Part shown: positions 41,512 to 51,278 of the stretch, one piece after another | How the letters are laid out: every line of letters begins with the position of its first letter | Position numbering within the stretch: position 1 is the stretch's first letter | Assembly (NCBI GenBank): GCA_050012775.1 | Contig: JBEKGN010000028.1 | Location: 559 to 64,558 of the forward strand | Direction: 5' to 3' | DNA length: 64,000 bases | DNA from: Roseiarcus sp. | GTDB taxonomy: Bacteria > Pseudomonadota > Alphaproteobacteria > Rhizobiales > Beijerinckiaceae | Made by a program: the position numbers and the translations under genes | The notes under the pieces: model-generated | The model's database searches: none | The model's input: only the letters and a program-made list of their open reading frames with translations | Told to the model about the DNA's origin: nothing

Positions 41512-42060
41512 TTACGCCCAAGCGATCGCGCGGACGATCGCTGCGATGACGACAGAGATGACGATCCCGCAAACCACGACCGCAGCGGTGTAGAGGACCG
41601 ACTTTTCGCCGGGAGCCTTCATCAGCACGGGAACGCCGAGCCAGAACAGATAGAGGCTGTAGAGCCCGAGGACGCCAAGAATGCGCAGGCCGGGAATCAG
41701 CGAGAATACGCCCACGAGCCAAACCGGCGTCATCGAATAGACCGCCAGCTTGAGCGCGCTGGGTTGATTCTTCTGTCCGCCGAAGGTCGGCGCCAGCGCG
41801 TCGGTGATGAGCGCCACGACGTAAACCAAGAGGAACGCCAGCGCGTAGCGGACGATCGCGGCGACGAGGCCGCCGGCGATCCCGAAGTGAAAAGTTCCGA
41901 AGATCGACATCCCGATGAAGCCGCACACCGCCGGGATGGCGGCGAGAATCGCGACGTAGTTCGCAAAGAGATAGGGGACGTCGCCCGGTTCGCTCTCGAT
42001 CTTGGGCCATTCGGTCTGCGGGGTCAGTATTATCGCTTTCACTCGCTCGACAAGGTCCAT
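41512..42060 (-). CDS. Yip1-family membrane protein
   Basis: 182 aa. Soluble N-terminus ([12 protein letters not shown]), then 5 TM segments. Confidence 0.7.
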   Translation of the reverse strand: MDLVERVKAIILTPQTEWPKIESEPGDVPYLFANYVAILAAIPAVCGFIGMSIFGTFHFGIAGGLVAAIVRYALAFLLVYVVALITDALAPTFGGQKNQPSALKLAVYSMTPVWLVGVFSLIPGLRILGVLGLYSLYLFWLGVPVLMKAPGEKSVLYTAAVVVCGIVISVVIAAIVRAIAWA

Positions 42061-42185
42061 GAAGGCCTCCCCCTGGCGCCGACCGACTCTCCTCGAGCGG
42101 TCCGGGTGTCATGTTAGTCCCGCGGGCGCCTCGGCGCCAGCCGCAACCGTCCGAACGCGCGCGTTTGCGGTGGACGCGGCTCGCG

Positions 42186-42209
42186 CGCTATATATGCCTC
42201 GATATAGGC
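42186..42209 (+). promoter_or_regulatory. candidate ModE-type Mo-box upstream of modB
   Basis: CGCTATATA-TGCCTC-GATATAGGC. It contains TATAT-N7-TATAG, close to the ModE consensus TATAT-N7-TAYAT. It is the only AT-rich patch in a GC-rich spacer, 60 nt before the modB GTG. Confidence 0.5.
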
Positions 42210-42268
42210 CCGCCGCCTCGGCGGCGGGGTGTCGGTGGCGGGTTTGTCGACTGGAGCGGGCCTCGAGC

Positions 42269-42988
42269 GTGTCGGACGGAGCGGCTTGGAGCGAGGCGCT
42301 GATCTTCTCGCCCGCGGAATGGACGGCGATATTCCTTTCGCTCAAGGTCGCCACCGTCGGCGCGCTGGCGAGCTTGCCGTTCGCCGTCGGCCTCGCCTGG
42401 CTGCTGGCGCGGCGGCGATTTCCCGGCAAGTCGCTCGTCAACGCGCTGGCGCATCTGCCGCTGGTGCTGCCCCCGGTCGTCACGGGCTGGCTGCTGCTGA
42501 TCGCCTTCGGAAGGCAGGGGATATTCGGGCGCGCTCTGGAGGCGTGTTGCGGGCTGACGTTCGCCTTCCACTGGACGGGCGCGGCGCTCGCCGCGGCGGT
42601 GATGGGCTTTCCCTTGATGGTGCGCGCGATCCGGCTGTCGATCGAGGCGGTCGACGCGCGCCTCGAACAGGCGGCGCAAACGCTCGGCGCGCCGTCCTGG
42701 TACATTTTCGCCACTGTGACCCTGCCGCTCGCGGCGCCGGGGATTATCGCCGGGCTCATTCTCGGCTTCGCCAAGGCGATCGGCGAATTCGGCGCGACGA
42801 TCACCTTCGTCGCCAACATCCCCGGCCAGACGCAGACCATCGCCACCGCGATCTACAGCGCGACGCAGGACCCGAACGGCGCCGCGACGACGTGGCGGCT
42901 GACGGGAATCGCGTTGGCGATCGCCTTTGTCGCGCTGTTCGTCTCCGAGGCGCTCGCCGCGCGCGTCGCCAAACGGGACGCGGGCTGA
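42269..42988 (+). CDS. modB: molybdate ABC transporter permease ModB
   Basis: GTG start chosen within ORF 42002..42988. LPLVLPPVVTGW and GEFGATITFVANIPGQTQT blocks are typical of ModB. Confidence 0.85.
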   Translation: MSDGAAWSEALIFSPAEWTAIFLSLKVATVGALASLPFAVGLAWLLARRRFPGKSLVNALAHLPLVLPPVVTGWLLLIAFGRQGIFGRALEACCGLTFAFHWTGAALAAAVMGFPLMVRAIRLSIEAVDARLEQAAQTLGAPSWYIFATVTLPLAAPGIIAGLILGFAKAIGEFGATITFVANIPGQTQTIATAIYSATQDPNGAATTWRLTGIALAIAFVALFVSEALAARVAKRDAG

Positions 42989-43656
42989 TGATCGAAATCG
43001 CGGTCGAGCACACGCAGGGCGATTTCACGATCGCGGCGGACATCCGCGCGAGCGGCCGCGTGCTGGCGCTGTGCGGCCCCTCGGGCGCCGGCAAGACGAC
43101 GCTGCTCGACGTCATCGCCGGGCTGCGCCGGCCTCGCCGCGGCCGCGTCGCGGTCGACGAAGCGGTGTTCCTCGACACTGCGCGAGGGATCGACGTTCCC
43201 GCGCGGTTGCGTCGGATTGGCTATGTCTTTCAGGAGGCGCGCCTGTTTCCGCACCTCAGCGTCGCGCACAACCTGACCTATGGCGCCCGCTTCGCCTCGC
43301 GCGGGCCGAAGCTCGTCGCCTTCGCCGACGTCGTCGCGCTGCTCGGCCTCGAGCCGCTGCTGGCGCGCGGGCCGGCGCGCCTCTCGGGCGGCGAGAAGCA
43401 GCGCGTCGCGATCGGCCGGGCGCTGCTCAGCAATCCCCGCGTGCTGCTGATGGACGAGCCGCTGAACGCGATCGACGACGCGCGCCGGCAGGACATCTTG
43501 CATTTGATCGAGACGCTGCGCGACGCTTTCGCCATCCCCATCATCTTCGTCAGCCATCGCGTCAGCGAGGTCGAGAGGCTGGCGAGCGACATCGCCGAAC
43601 TCGAACTGGGCCGCCTCATCGCTTTGCGCGGCCCGCGCGAAGCGGAACGTCCCTGA
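42988..43656 (+). CDS. modC: molybdate ABC transporter ATP-binding protein ModC (short, no TOBE domain)
   Basis: The start overlaps the modB stop. GPSGAGKTTLL, LSGGEKQRVAIGRAL, LLMDEP. Only 222 aa. Confidence 0.85.
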   Translation: MIEIAVEHTQGDFTIAADIRASGRVLALCGPSGAGKTTLLDVIAGLRRPRRGRVAVDEAVFLDTARGIDVPARLRRIGYVFQEARLFPHLSVAHNLTYGARFASRGPKLVAFADVVALLGLEPLLARGPARLSGGEKQRVAIGRALLSNPRVLLMDEPLNAIDDARRQDILHLIETLRDAFAIPIIFVSHRVSEVERLASDIAELELGRLIALRGPREAERP

Positions 43657-43679
43657 TCGAGGCGACGCCTCGATCAGGG
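43651..43679. terminator. 29-bp perfect palindrome between convergent modC and fixK (hairpin, no U tract)
   Basis: CCCTGATCGAGGCG-A-CGCCTCGATCAGGG, overlapping the modC TGA. Confidence 0.35.
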
Positions 43680-43718
43680 GGGTGGCCCGGGCGTCGAACC
43701 GCCCGCCTGGGAGCGGCG

Positions 43719-44429
43719 TTATGCGTCCATGGCGGCGAGGCGCGGACGGTTGCGCAGCGTGATCTGCCGCGCGCCGGAAAAGCCGAGCACGCCCTCGCCG
43801 TGCAATTGGGACAGGGTCCGCGAAACGGTTTCCAGGGTGAGGCCGAGATAGTCGGCGATGTCGCCCCGACCCATCGGAAGCGCAAACATGCCCGCCGTCG
43901 AGATCCGACGATCCATTTCCAACAGGAACGTGGCGACCCGCTGGGCGGCGGTCTTGCGGCCTAGCAGCAACATGTGGTCTTCCGCATGGCGCAACTCGCC
44001 GGCGGTCATCGTCCAGAGCGTGCAGGCGATCCGGACATCGGAATTGGCCGCCGCCTCCAAAGCGCGACGCTTCACCATACGCAGGGACGTGTCGACGATC
44101 GCTTCCGCGGTCAGGCGGTGGGTCGATCCCGATTCCAGGCCGAAGAGGTCGCCGGGCAGGTGGAACGCGCCGATCTGCCGGCGCCCGTCGTTCAGCAGCT
44201 TGTAGCTTCTGACGGCGCCGCGAATCACCTGATAGACGTATTCGGCCGGTTCGCCCTCCCCGTAGATGCTTTCGTTGCGGCCGTACGAGAATTCGGTCGC
44301 GACAAGCGCCGGCTGACCCGCCAGGAACTCGGGGCTTTCAACGCCGCCGGGAAGCATTTGCCCCCAATGGGGGCGGGCGACGGGGTTGGCAAGCGAGTGG
44401 TTCAGCATTTGGCTCTCTCCTCGATGCAA
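43719..44429 (-). CDS. fixK: Crp/Fnr-family regulator, FixK type (no N-terminal Cys cluster)
   Basis: 236 aa. cNMP-like barrel and HTH IADYLGLTLETVSRTLSQL with the E--SR recognition motif. Lies next to fixLJ. Confidence 0.85.
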   Translation of the reverse strand: MHRGESQMLNHSLANPVARPHWGQMLPGGVESPEFLAGQPALVATEFSYGRNESIYGEGEPAEYVYQVIRGAVRSYKLLNDGRRQIGAFHLPGDLFGLESGSTHRLTAEAIVDTSLRMVKRRALEAAANSDVRIACTLWTMTAGELRHAEDHMLLLGRKTAAQRVATFLLEMDRRISTAGMFALPMGRGDIADYLGLTLETVSRTLSQLHGEGVLGFSGARQITLRNRPRLAAMDA

Positions 44430-44497
44430 GCGCTGGCCAAATGCTAAGTCGTTTCCTCCACTCGCGAAATTTCGGTCGACGCCCTAGGGGTCGCCCC

Positions 44498-44911
44498 TTA
44501 AGGGCTCTCCCGGAGGCCCTCCGCGGCGGCGGCGCCCTCGCCCATCGCCGCCCGCACATGGGCGATCAGGCTTTCCTCGATATGCGGCTTCAGCACGACG
44601 TGTCGAACGCCGCAGGCTTGCGCCCTCGCCGTGACGCTCGGGCTCGGATAGGCCGTGACGAGAACGACGGGCGAAGCGACATGCCGATCGCGCAAATGAC
44701 CGATCAGGTCGAACCCATCCATCTCCGCCATCTTGTAATCGATGACGAGGCAATCGCCGGCCGCCGGCAAGTTTGCCGACAACAGCGCCGGGCCGCTGGC
44801 GAAGGTCCTCACCTTGAACCCCTCCGTCTCCAAGAGGAAGCGCAGAGAGATCAGCACGTCCGGATCGTCTTCAACGACGAAAATGGTTGTCTCCCGCAAC
44901 ACGTTCCCCAT
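44498..44911 (-). CDS. single-domain response regulator (receiver only; FixT/ORF138-like position)
   Basis: 137 aa. VVEDDPD, phospho-acceptor context LVIDYKMAEMDG, VVLVTAY, LKPH. No output domain. Confidence 0.85.
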   Translation of the reverse strand: MGNVLRETTIFVVEDDPDVLISLRFLLETEGFKVRTFASGPALLSANLPAAGDCLVIDYKMAEMDGFDLIGHLRDRHVASPVVLVTAYPSPSVTARAQACGVRHVVLKPHIEESLIAHVRAAMGEGAAAAEGLRESP

Positions 44912-44966
44912 TGACCGTCATCGCCGCGCCGACGCGCCGCGGAAGCGAAAATCACAACACTGTGAA

Positions 44967-45008
44967 TGGATAGCGCCGCCCGAACGGCCCAAGCTTGATC
45001 CAACTCAA
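44967..45008 (-). promoter_or_regulatory. FixK/FNR-type class II promoter: box TTGATCCAACTCAA (44995-45008) plus TATCCA -10 (44967-44972, minus strand)
   Basis: Exact TTGA-N6-TCAA overlapping the fixJ stop codon. A 22-nt gap to the -10-like hexamer. About 85 nt upstream of the receiver gene. Confidence 0.55.
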
Positions 45009-45622
45009 TCTTTCAGAAGGCCGGCCCGCATCGCCAATCGGACGAGTTCGGATAAGTTTGCGGCTTGCATCTTGCTCATCAAATTCGCCCGGTAGACTTC
45101 GACGGTGCGCGGACTGATGTCATAGTCGCGCGCGATCGCCTTGTTGGACAGGCCGGCGACGAGCCCTTCCATGACCTGACGCTCCCGCGGGCTCAGAGAG
45201 TCGACGCGCGCGATGATCGGCGCCGAGGCCGCATCGCCATTCGCCGCGTCGGCCGCGCCCGCCAGCGCGATCCGGACCGTGTCGATTAGCCTTTCGTCCT
45301 CAAACGGCTTCTCGACGAAATCGACGGCGCCAAGCTTCATCGCCTCGACGGCCAACGGCACGTCGCCATGCCCGGTCATCACCACCACGCAAAGCGCGGC
45401 GTTCGTTCTTTTCAAGTGTTTCAGCAGTTCGATTCCATCCATCCCGGGCATGCGGACATCGGTGACGACGCATCCGATCTGGCCGCTCGGCAGAGCGTCG
45501 AGAAGACTTGCCGCCGATTCGAAGACTTTGACGGAGAAACCGGCCGCGCTGAGCAGAAAGTCGAGCGAGTCGCGCATGGCGTCATCGTCGTCGACAACCC
45601 AAACGTTTGCTTCGGACGCCAT
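45005..45622 (-). CDS. fixJ: response regulator FixJ (receiver + LuxR-type HTH)
   Basis: Start MASEANVWVVDDDDAMRDSL, 13 nt after the fixL stop. DVRMPGMDG, and LSPRERQVMEGLVAGLSNKAIA. 205 aa. Confidence 0.9.
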   Translation of the reverse strand: MASEANVWVVDDDDAMRDSLDFLLSAAGFSVKVFESAASLLDALPSGQIGCVVTDVRMPGMDGIELLKHLKRTNAALCVVVMTGHGDVPLAVEAMKLGAVDFVEKPFEDERLIDTVRIALAGAADAANGDAASAPIIARVDSLSPRERQVMEGLVAGLSNKAIARDYDISPRTVEVYRANLMSKMQAANLSELVRLAMRAGLLKD

Positions 45623-45635
45623 GGACGACCTCCGT

Positions 45636-47138
45636 CTACGATGCGGCGGGAAGGGTGAAGCGGAAGGTCGCGCCGCCCGCTTCATTGGTTTCAGCCCGCA
45701 TCTGGCCGCCATGCGCTTCGATGATCGTTCGACTGATCGATAGCCCGACGCCCATGCCTGCCTCCTTGGTCGTGAAGAACGGCTGAAACAGATTGGACCG
45801 AACATTTTCGGCGAAACCCGGCCCGGTGTCCGACACCGCGATCTCGATCATGGCGTCGGCGACGCGCGCATTGGTCACGGTGAGTTCGCGTCGCCCGGAT
45901 TCCGCCATCGCCTCCATGGCGTTGCGCAGCAGATTGACCAGCACCTGCTGGATTTGAACGCGATCCGCCACCACCAGATCGTTCGCCGGGTCCAGGTCGA
46001 ATTTCAACAAGACGCCTTGCTCCCGCGCGCCGACGAGGCCGAGCGCGCCCGCCTCCTCGACGAGCTTGGTGACGCTCTCGACGCGCCTCTCCGACTCGCC
46101 GCGCAAGACGAAGTCGCGAAGACGGCGGATGATCTGTCCCGCGCGGATGGCCTGTTCCGCCGCCTTATCGAGAGCGGCTTCGATCGTCGTCGCATTGGGG
46201 TCGGAACTCGAGGCGAGAAGCCGGCGACATCCCTTCATGTAGTTGCTGATGGCCGCGAGCGGCTGATTGAGCTCATGCGCCAGCGCGGAGGCCATTTCCC
46301 CCATCGCGCTGAGACGGGAGACGTGGACGAGTTCGGATTGGAGCTGCTGCAAGCTGGCCTGCGTGCGTTGCTGCTCCGTCAGGTCGCGCACGAAACCGGT
46401 GAAATAGCGCCGTCCTCCGAAGTTCATTTCCCCGACGGAAAGGTGCATCGGGAAGGTCGAACCGTCCGTGCGCTTCCCCGTCACGATCCGGCCGATGCCG
46501 ATGATCCTGCGTTCGCCCGTAGTCCGGTAGCGATCGAGGTAGCCGTCGTGACGCGTGCGATCCGGTTCGGGCATGAGCGCGTTGACGTTGCGCCCGATCG
46601 CTTCGCGTTCCGAATAACCGAACATTCGCTCGGCGGCGCGGCTGAAAAGCTGGATGGTCCCGGCCTCGTCGATGACCACCATCGCGTCGGGCACGGTGTC
46701 GAGAATGGAGCGCAGGTGCTCCTCGCGGGTCCGCAGCGCCTCTTCGACGCGCTTCTCCTCGTCGATGTCGAAAACGGCGCCGCTCAGACGGCGGGCGCCG
46801 CCGCTGCCGACGACGACGCCGCGCGAGCGCAGCCAGTGACTGCCGCCGTCGCGGCGGACGCGATATTGGATGTCGAGATCGGCGCCCGTCGCTATCGATC
46901 GCTCCATCGCCTGGATCACCGGGCCGCGGTCATCGGGATCGAGAAGCGACACAAACAATTCGTAGTCGATGGCCTGCCCGTCGGCAACGCCGAACAAGGC
47001 TCGCGTCGTCGCCGACCCGTCGAACGCGCCCGTCGAAAGATCAAAATCCCACGTTCCAATCCCGGCGCCCGTGACGCGGCCGCGCGCATGCTCGTCACGC
47101 GAACCGAAATCGGCTTCAAATCGATTGAGTCCCTCCAT
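45636..47138 (-). CDS. fixL: oxygen-sensor histidine kinase FixL (soluble, PAS-PAS(heme)-HK)
   Basis: 500 aa with no TM segments. Heme-PAS block [49 protein letters not shown] (proximal His). H-box [10 protein letters not shown], plus N and G boxes. Confidence 0.9.
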   Translation of the reverse strand: MEGLNRFEADFGSRDEHARGRVTGAGIGTWDFDLSTGAFDGSATTRALFGVADGQAIDYELFVSLLDPDDRGPVIQAMERSIATGADLDIQYRVRRDGGSHWLRSRGVVVGSGGARRLSGAVFDIDEEKRVEEALRTREEHLRSILDTVPDAMVVIDEAGTIQLFSRAAERMFGYSEREAIGRNVNALMPEPDRTRHDGYLDRYRTTGERRIIGIGRIVTGKRTDGSTFPMHLSVGEMNFGGRRYFTGFVRDLTEQQRTQASLQQLQSELVHVSRLSAMGEMASALAHELNQPLAAISNYMKGCRRLLASSSDPNATTIEAALDKAAEQAIRAGQIIRRLRDFVLRGESERRVESVTKLVEEAGALGLVGAREQGVLLKFDLDPANDLVVADRVQIQQVLVNLLRNAMEAMAESGRRELTVTNARVADAMIEIAVSDTGPGFAENVRSNLFQPFFTTKEAGMGVGLSISRTIIEAHGGQMRAETNEAGGATFRFTLPAAS

Positions 47139-47304
47139 GTTCGACTCCAGCCTCGGGCGACGTTCGAATTCCGTGCGACGCGTCGATCATTCGGCACCGG
47201 ATTGCCCGAAGCGAATTCTCGCGACTTGGATACTGGGATCAAGCGTTGTTTTGTGCAAGCGGCCGGTGAATCGCCGTGGCGAGGCCGGGCGGCGCGTCGG
47301 CGGA

Positions 47305-47338
47305 GAAAAAAGGGCGCCCCGCAGCCAAGCGGGACGCC
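47305..47338 (-). terminator. rho-independent terminator after actP
   Basis: Minus-strand GGGCGTCCCGC-TTGGCT-GCGGGGCGCCC (11-bp stem including one G-U pair) followed by TTTTTT. 22 nt after the actP stop. Confidence 0.7.
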
Positions 47339-47360
47339 CTCTTTGCAACGATGTCCGCCG

Positions 47361-49058
47361 TCAGTGAGCGGAGGCGCCCTCGGCGCCGACGCCGGTCTGC
47401 GAGCGCACGAACTGCATCGGGAAACCGGCGCGATCGGACGTCGCCCGTGCGCTCGTGTCCAACTTCGACACGACGTAGATGCCGGCGAAGGCCAGCGCCA
47501 TCGAGAACAGCGTCGGATTGTCGATGGTCACCAGCGACGAGCCCTTCGCGTTGCCGAAAATGCCTTCCCACACCGCCGGCGACAGCACGACGCCCAAGAA
47601 CGCCGTGATGAGGCCGAGGAAGCCGCCGACGACGGCGCCTCGCGTCGTCATGTTCTTCCAGAACATGCTCATGACCAGCACCGGGAAGTTGCACGACGCC
47701 GCAATCGCGAAGGCGAGGCCGACGGCGAACGCAACGTTGATCCTTTCCGCGAGGACGCCGATCCCGATGGCGAAGATGCCGAGGCAGACAGTGGCGATCT
47801 TCGAGACGCGGATCTCGTCGGCCTCGCTCGCCTTGCCGCGAGCGAACACGTTGGCGTAGAGGTCATGGCTGATCGCGGAAGCTCCAGCCAGCGTGAGCCC
47901 CGAGACGACCGCCAGGATCGTCGCGAAGGCGACCGCCGAGATGAAGCCGAACAGCACGTCGCCGCCGACCGCCTTGGCGAGCAACGGGGCCGCCATGTTC
48001 GGGAAGCCCCTGGTGGCGTTGATCACGCTCATGCCACCTGCGACCTTCGCCTGGTCGATGAAATCGGGGTTGGTCGAGACGAACACGATCGCGCCGAAGC
48101 CGATGATGAACGTCAGGATGTAGAAGTACCCGATGAACCCCGTGGCGTAGAACACCGACTTGCGCGCCTCCTTGGCGTTGGGGACGGTGAAGAAGCGCAT
48201 CAGGATATGCGGCAGGCCGCAGGTGCCGAACATCAGCGCGACGCCGGTCGAGATCGCCGAGAGCGGCGTCGACACCGGCGCCCCTGGCGCGAAGATCGGG
48301 CCCATGATCGCGGCATGGCGCGGATGAACCTCCACGGCCTTGGCGAACAGCGCGCCTGGGTTGAAGTTGAACGCATAGAGCACCAAGAACGCCATCAGGG
48401 TCGCGCCGCCGAGCAGCAGGCCGGCCTTGATGATCTGCACCCAGGTCGTCGCGATCATGCCGCCGAAGGTGACATAAAGGATCATCAGGCAACCGACGAT
48501 CACGACCGCATGCCAGTATTCGAGGCCGAACAGAATCTTGATGAGCGCGCCGGCTCCGACCATTTGCGCGACCAGGTAGAAGGCCACCGTGACCAGCGTG
48601 CCGGACGCCGCCAGCACGCGGATCGGCGCCTGGTCGAACCGGAACGAGGCGACGTCGGCGAAGGTGAACCGGCCGAGGTTGCGCAGCGGTTCGGCGATCA
48701 GGAACGTCACGATCGGCCAGCCGACCAGCCAGCCCACCGAATAGATCAGCCCGTCATAGCCCCAGGCGTAGACGAAAGCGGAAATGCCGAGGAACGAGGC
48801 GGCGGACATGTAGTCGCCGGCGATCGCAAGGCCGTTTTGCAGGCCGGTGATCCCGCCTCCCGCGGCGTAGAATTGCGCCGCGGTCTTGGTTCGCTTAGCG
48901 GCCCAGTAGGTGATCCCCAGCGTGACGAGCACGAAGAAGATGAACATCGTCACGGCGGCCGGACTAACCGACTGCGTCGAGCTGGCCGCTTGGGCGAAGG
49001 CGAATCCGGGGGTGAGGCCGACGCCGAGCGTCAGCGCGTAAAGAAGTTTGCGGTTCAC
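47361..49058 (-). CDS. actP: cation/acetate symporter ActP (SSS family)
   Basis: GTG start forms a GTGA overlap with the DUF485 stop. 565 aa and polytopic, with SSS-family blocks ([13 protein letters not shown]). Confidence 0.9.
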   Translation of the reverse strand: MNRKLLYALTLGVGLTPGFAFAQAASSTQSVSPAAVTMFIFFVLVTLGITYWAAKRTKTAAQFYAAGGGITGLQNGLAIAGDYMSAASFLGISAFVYAWGYDGLIYSVGWLVGWPIVTFLIAEPLRNLGRFTFADVASFRFDQAPIRVLAASGTLVTVAFYLVAQMVGAGALIKILFGLEYWHAVVIVGCLMILYVTFGGMIATTWVQIIKAGLLLGGATLMAFLVLYAFNFNPGALFAKAVEVHPRHAAIMGPIFAPGAPVSTPLSAISTGVALMFGTCGLPHILMRFFTVPNAKEARKSVFYATGFIGYFYILTFIIGFGAIVFVSTNPDFIDQAKVAGGMSVINATRGFPNMAAPLLAKAVGGDVLFGFISAVAFATILAVVSGLTLAGASAISHDLYANVFARGKASEADEIRVSKIATVCLGIFAIGIGVLAERINVAFAVGLAFAIAASCNFPVLVMSMFWKNMTTRGAVVGGFLGLITAFLGVVLSPAVWEGIFGNAKGSSLVTIDNPTLFSMALAFAGIYVVSKLDTSARATSDRAGFPMQFVRSQTGVGAEGASAH

Positions 49059-49363
49059 TTGGACGTCTCCTCGAGGATCTGCTTCGTCAGCGTGTCGTAG
49101 GTTCCGTTGGCGCGGTTCACGTAGAAGCCGGTCAACAAGAAGGCGGCGACGATCACCAAGACTCCCACCACGATGCCGACCGTCGTGACGCCGCCGGTCA
49201 AAGACGCCCCCAGGAAGGTCGGCGCGAAGGCGACGAGCAGGATGAACCCGTAATAGATGATGCACACCAGCACCGACAGCGTAACGCCCAGCGACCGACG
49301 CTCGGCGACAAGGTGCTGATACTTGGGATTTTTCTCGATGGCTTCGAGCCTGACGGTGGCCAT
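49055..49363 (-). CDS. DUF485 (YjcH-like) membrane protein
   Basis: 102 aa with 2 TM segments. The [14 protein letters not shown] motif and pairing with actP are typical. Confidence 0.85.
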   Translation of the reverse strand: MATVRLEAIEKNPKYQHLVAERRSLGVTLSVLVCIIYYGFILLVAFAPTFLGASLTGGVTTVGIVVGVLVIVAAFLLTGFYVNRANGTYDTLTKQILEETSK

Positions 49364-49731
49364 GTTTCCCTCCCCTTTTTCGTCAATCCGCAGGAACCGC
49401 GGACTTTATTCTTGCGCGCCGCGAATAATCACGGTGAACGCCGGCTGAATTTAGGCGCGCTTCGAGCCGAAGGCCCATTAATACAGCAAACTCCGGGAGC
49501 GCGTCCCTCAGCCTTTGGTAAGGGGGCGCCCCGCTCGAGGCGGGCGTTTGTGCGAGCGGCGGCGATCGGATAAGTTGACGCGGGGCTGGCCCCCGGTCCG
49601 GATGAGGGGTATCACACTTGGCTCAAGCGGCCCGAAACCCCATATACTCGCCAGGCGCGATTGCGCGAACGGCGAGATAGCTGTCAGAAAAGGCCGATTC
49701 GATGGATTTCCTCAAGCCGGGGTTGCACCGC

Positions 49732-50496
49732 ATGAACCGCCGCCGACGCATCTACGAAGGCAAAGCCAAGGTCCTCTACGAGGGCCCGGAGCCCGGCACC
49801 TTGATTCAGCACTTCAAGGACGATGCGACCGCCTTCAACGCCAAGAAGCACGAAGTCATTGAAGGCAAAGGCGTTCTGAACAATCGCATCTCCGAATATC
49901 TGTTCCAGCGGCTCAATGAGATCGGCGTCCCCACGCATTTCATGCGCCGCATCAACATGCGCGAGCAATTGATTCGCGAGGTCGAAATCATTCCGCTCGA
50001 GGTCGTCGTGCGCAATGTCGCGGCGGGCTCGCTCGCCACGCGTCTCGGCATCGAGGAAGGCACGCAACTGCCGCGCTCGATCATCGAATTCTATTACAAG
50101 AACGACGCGCTCAACGATCCCATGGTTTCGGAGGAGCACATCACTGCGTTCGGCTGGGCCTCGCCGCAGGAAATCGACGACATCATGGCGCTGGCGATTC
50201 GCGTCAACGACTTCCTGACCGGGCTGTTCCTCGGCGTCGGCATCCGTCTGGTCGACTTCAAGATCGAGTGCGGCCGGCTGTGGGAGGGCGACAACATGCG
50301 GATCGTCGTCGCCGACGAAATCAGCCCTGATTCGTGTCGCCTGTGGGACGTCAAATCCAATGAAAAGATGGATAAGGACCGCTTCCGCAAGGACCTCGGC
50401 GGCATGATCGAGGCCTATACGGAAGTCGCGCGCCGTCTCGGCGTCGTCCAGGAGAACGAGAAGCCGGGCGCCGGCGGGCCGCGGCTGGTCAAATAG
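49732..50496 (+). CDS. purC: phosphoribosylaminoimidazole-succinocarboxamide synthase
   Basis: Start [24 protein letters not shown] synthase blocks ([16 protein letters not shown]). 254 aa. Confidence 0.95.
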   Translation: MNRRRRIYEGKAKVLYEGPEPGTLIQHFKDDATAFNAKKHEVIEGKGVLNNRISEYLFQRLNEIGVPTHFMRRINMREQLIREVEIIPLEVVVRNVAAGSLATRLGIEEGTQLPRSIIEFYYKNDALNDPMVSEEHITAFGWASPQEIDDIMALAIRVNDFLTGLFLGVGIRLVDFKIECGRLWEGDNMRIVVADEISPDSCRLWDVKSNEKMDKDRFRKDLGGMIEAYTEVARRLGVVQENEKPGAGGPRLVK

Positions 50497-50556
50497 CGTC
50501 GCCGAACCCGCCGCCGATCGCGGCGCGAGCGGACTTCGCATCCGCCGAGCCCTGGG

Positions 50557-51243
50557 TCACCCCAGATGCTCGGCGAAGAAATCGAGCGTGCGGCTCCACG
50601 CGAGAGCCGCGCTCGGGGCGTCGTAGCTCGCGCGCTCGTCGCAGTGGAAGCCGTGCCCGGCCGGATAGAGATAGACGGGCGCGCCGGGATGAGCGGCCTC
50701 GACCTCGCGTACGCCGGCGACCGGGATATGGCCGTCGAGCTCGCCGAAATGCAGCATCGTCGGCACGCGCGGCTGCAAGTCCTTCAGGCCGATGATTCCG
50801 CCGCCGTAATAGCCGACCGCGGCGGCGATTCCGGGGGTTCGCGCCGCCGCGAGCCAGGCCATCGTGCCGCCCCAGCAGAAGCCGACGACGCCGACCTTGC
50901 CGGCGCTCGCGACGCGCTGGACCGCCGCCGCGATGTCGCCGAGCGCCGCATCGCGATCCACCTTGGCGACGATCTCCATGCCGCGCGCCACTCCTGGGGC
51001 GTCATAGGCGAGCTCGACGCCTTTCTCGACGCGATCGAACATCGCCGGCGCGATCGCGAGATAGCCGGCCGCGGCGAAACGGTCGGCGACCGAACGGATG
51101 TGATGATTGACGCCGAAAATCTCCTGCACGACGACCATCGCGCCGCGCGGCGCGGCCGCCGGAGCCGCGAGCCACGCGCCGATCACGGCGCCGCCGCTGG
51201 ACTTCAATGCGATCATTTCACCCATAATCCGATCCTTCCCCAA
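50557..51243 (-). CDS. dienelactone hydrolase family protein
   Basis: 228 aa. VVVQEIFGVNHHIR, nucleophile context GVVGFCWGG, and GHGF. Confidence 0.85.
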   Translation of the reverse strand: MGKDRIMGEMIALKSSGGAVIGAWLAAPAAAPRGAMVVVQEIFGVNHHIRSVADRFAAAGYLAIAPAMFDRVEKGVELAYDAPGVARGMEIVAKVDRDAALGDIAAAVQRVASAGKVGVVGFCWGGTMAWLAAARTPGIAAAVGYYGGGIIGLKDLQPRVPTMLHFGELDGHIPVAGVREVEAAHPGAPVYLYPAGHGFHCDERASYDAPSAALAWSRTLDFFAEHLG

Positions 51244-51278
51244 GGCGTTGAATTCGACACGCGTCGCGCGAGCGCGCC

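Noticed and set aside
45954-49100. A 1048-aa plus-strand ORF spanning fixL and actP.
   Set aside because: It is antisense to two well-supported genes and crosses their intergenic terminator. Its composition is dominated by R/A/G/D/E. The same reasoning applies to 182-2344(-), 21080-22582(-), 22962-24212(-), 26290-27531(+), 27485-28852(-), 31123-33108(-), 34456-36447(-), 36529-38139(-), 39133-40323(-) and 39768-41549(+).
49364-49731. A 368-bp divergent spacer between DUF485-actP and purC. I inspected it for a purine/ZTP-type riboswitch, a FixK box and a small RNA. It contains the weak hairpin CGCCCCGC-TCGAG-GCGGGCG followed by TTTGT at 49527-49551.
   Set aside because: I could not recognise a conserved riboswitch core by eye. 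TTGCGCGCCGCGAA is not a valid FixK box. The hairpin has a bulge and only a 3-U tract. This needs an Rfam scan before any claim.
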